Under the pieces are notes generated by a model. The model searched no databases. It saw nothing but the letters and a program-made list of their open reading frames with translations, and was not told the DNA's origin. Below, piece by piece: positions 63,088-64,000 of a stretch of 64,000 nt of DNA. The first letter of the stretch is position 1. Each line of letters begins with the position of its first letter. The translations under genes were made by a program, and so were the position numbers. The stretch covers positions 98,458,001 through 98,522,000 of the forward strand of contig NC_086108.1 in assembly GCF_963921235.1 (NCBI RefSeq), written 5' to 3'. The DNA comes from Mobula hypostoma. Lineage: Eukaryota.

Positions 63088-64000
63088 TAAATAAGTAAAT
63101 AAGGGATGGGGTACGAAGGGGAGGAGGGGCATTAACGGAAGTCAGAGAAGTCAATGTTCATGCCATCAGGTTGGAGGCTACCCAGACGGAATATAAAGTG
63201 TTGTTCCTTCAACCTGAGTGTGGCTTCATTTTGACAGTAGAGGAGGCCGTGGATAGACATATCAGAATGGGAATGGGATGTGGAGTTAAAATGTGTGGCC
63301 ACTGGGGGATCCTGCTTTCTCTGGCGGACAGAGCGCAGGTGTTCAGCGAAACGATCTCCCAGTCTGCGTCGGGTCTCGCCAATATATAGAAGGCCACATC
63401 GGGAGCACCGGATGCAGTATATCACCCCAGCCGACTCACAGGTGAAGTGTTGCCTCACCTGGAAGGACTGTCTGGGGCCCTGAATGGTGGTAAGGGAGGA
63501 AGTGTAAGGGCATGTATAGCACTTGTTCCACTTACAAGGATAAGTGCCAGGAGGGAGATCAGTGGGGAGGGATGGGGGGGGACGAATGGACAAGGGAGTC
63601 GCGTAGGGAGCAATCCCTGCGGAAAGCAGGGGGGGGTGAGGGAAAGATGTGCTTAGTGGTGGGATCCCGTTGGAGGTGGCAGAAGTTACGGAGAATAATA
63701 TGTTGGACCCAGAGGCTAGTGGGGTGGTAGGTGAGGACAAGGGGAACCCTATTCCTAGTGGGGTGATGGGAGGATGGAGTGAGAGCAGATGTGCGTGAAA
63801 TGGGGGAGATGCGTTTGAGAGCAGAGTTGATGGTGGAGGAAGGGAAGCCCCTTTCTTTAAAAAAGGAGGACATCTCCTTTGTCCTGGAATGAAAAGCCTC
63901 ATCCTGAGAGTAGATGCGGCAGAGACTGAGGAATTGTAGGAGGGGATGGCATTTTTGCAGGAGACAGGGTGGGAAGAGGAATAGTTCAGGTAGCTGTGAG
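62695..64000 (-). mobile_element. Penelope element (GIY-YIG domain open), runs off the window edge
   Basis: CK..KCYTC...VIYCIRCSRCGLLYIGETRRRLGDRFAEH...GMN; hammerhead motif at 62751-62788 with GAAA changed to AAAA; (GA)n at ~63032-63078. Confidence 0.9.

Noticed and set aside
1..64000. CRISPR array, operon or prokaryotic defence system
   Set aside because: No regularly spaced repeat-spacer array or gene-dense region; recurring motifs are dispersed eukaryotic transposon copies.

Overview
Eukaryotic, repeat-dense vertebrate DNA. The repeat repertoire (CR1 LINEs with (TTCTATG)n tails, HE1/V-SINE-like SINEs, abundant Penelope, Rex-Babar) suggests a cartilaginous fish, probably a ray or skate; this is inferred from family resemblance, not from a search. 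One host gene is supported: an LRRC8 volume-regulated anion channel subunit, best matching LRRC8B, on the minus strand. It has two coding exons (45597-43486 and 14915-14643, 794 aa joined in phase 0) separated by a ~28.6 kb intron, with a candidate 5'-UTR exon ending at 50100 and a candidate poly(A) signal at 14204-14199. Nearly everything else is nested transposon debris. Most notable: (1) many Penelope-borne minimal hammerhead ribozyme motifs, one with an intact core in the sense of the LRRC8B pre-mRNA; (2) a PHD-APE-RT LINE unlike the resident CR1s (horizontal-transfer candidate), with a 21-bp micro-copy of its 3' end nearby followed by the same AAGGAG; (3) a Chapaev3-like (RAG1-related) deletion element with TIRs and TSD; (4) a full-length hAT-Charlie inserted into a hammerhead core; (5) several footprints of retrotransposition or template-switch mechanisms. 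I found no convincing new host-encoded system. Family names come from remembered motifs and need Dfam/Repbase confirmation; repeat boundaries without a TSD are approximate.
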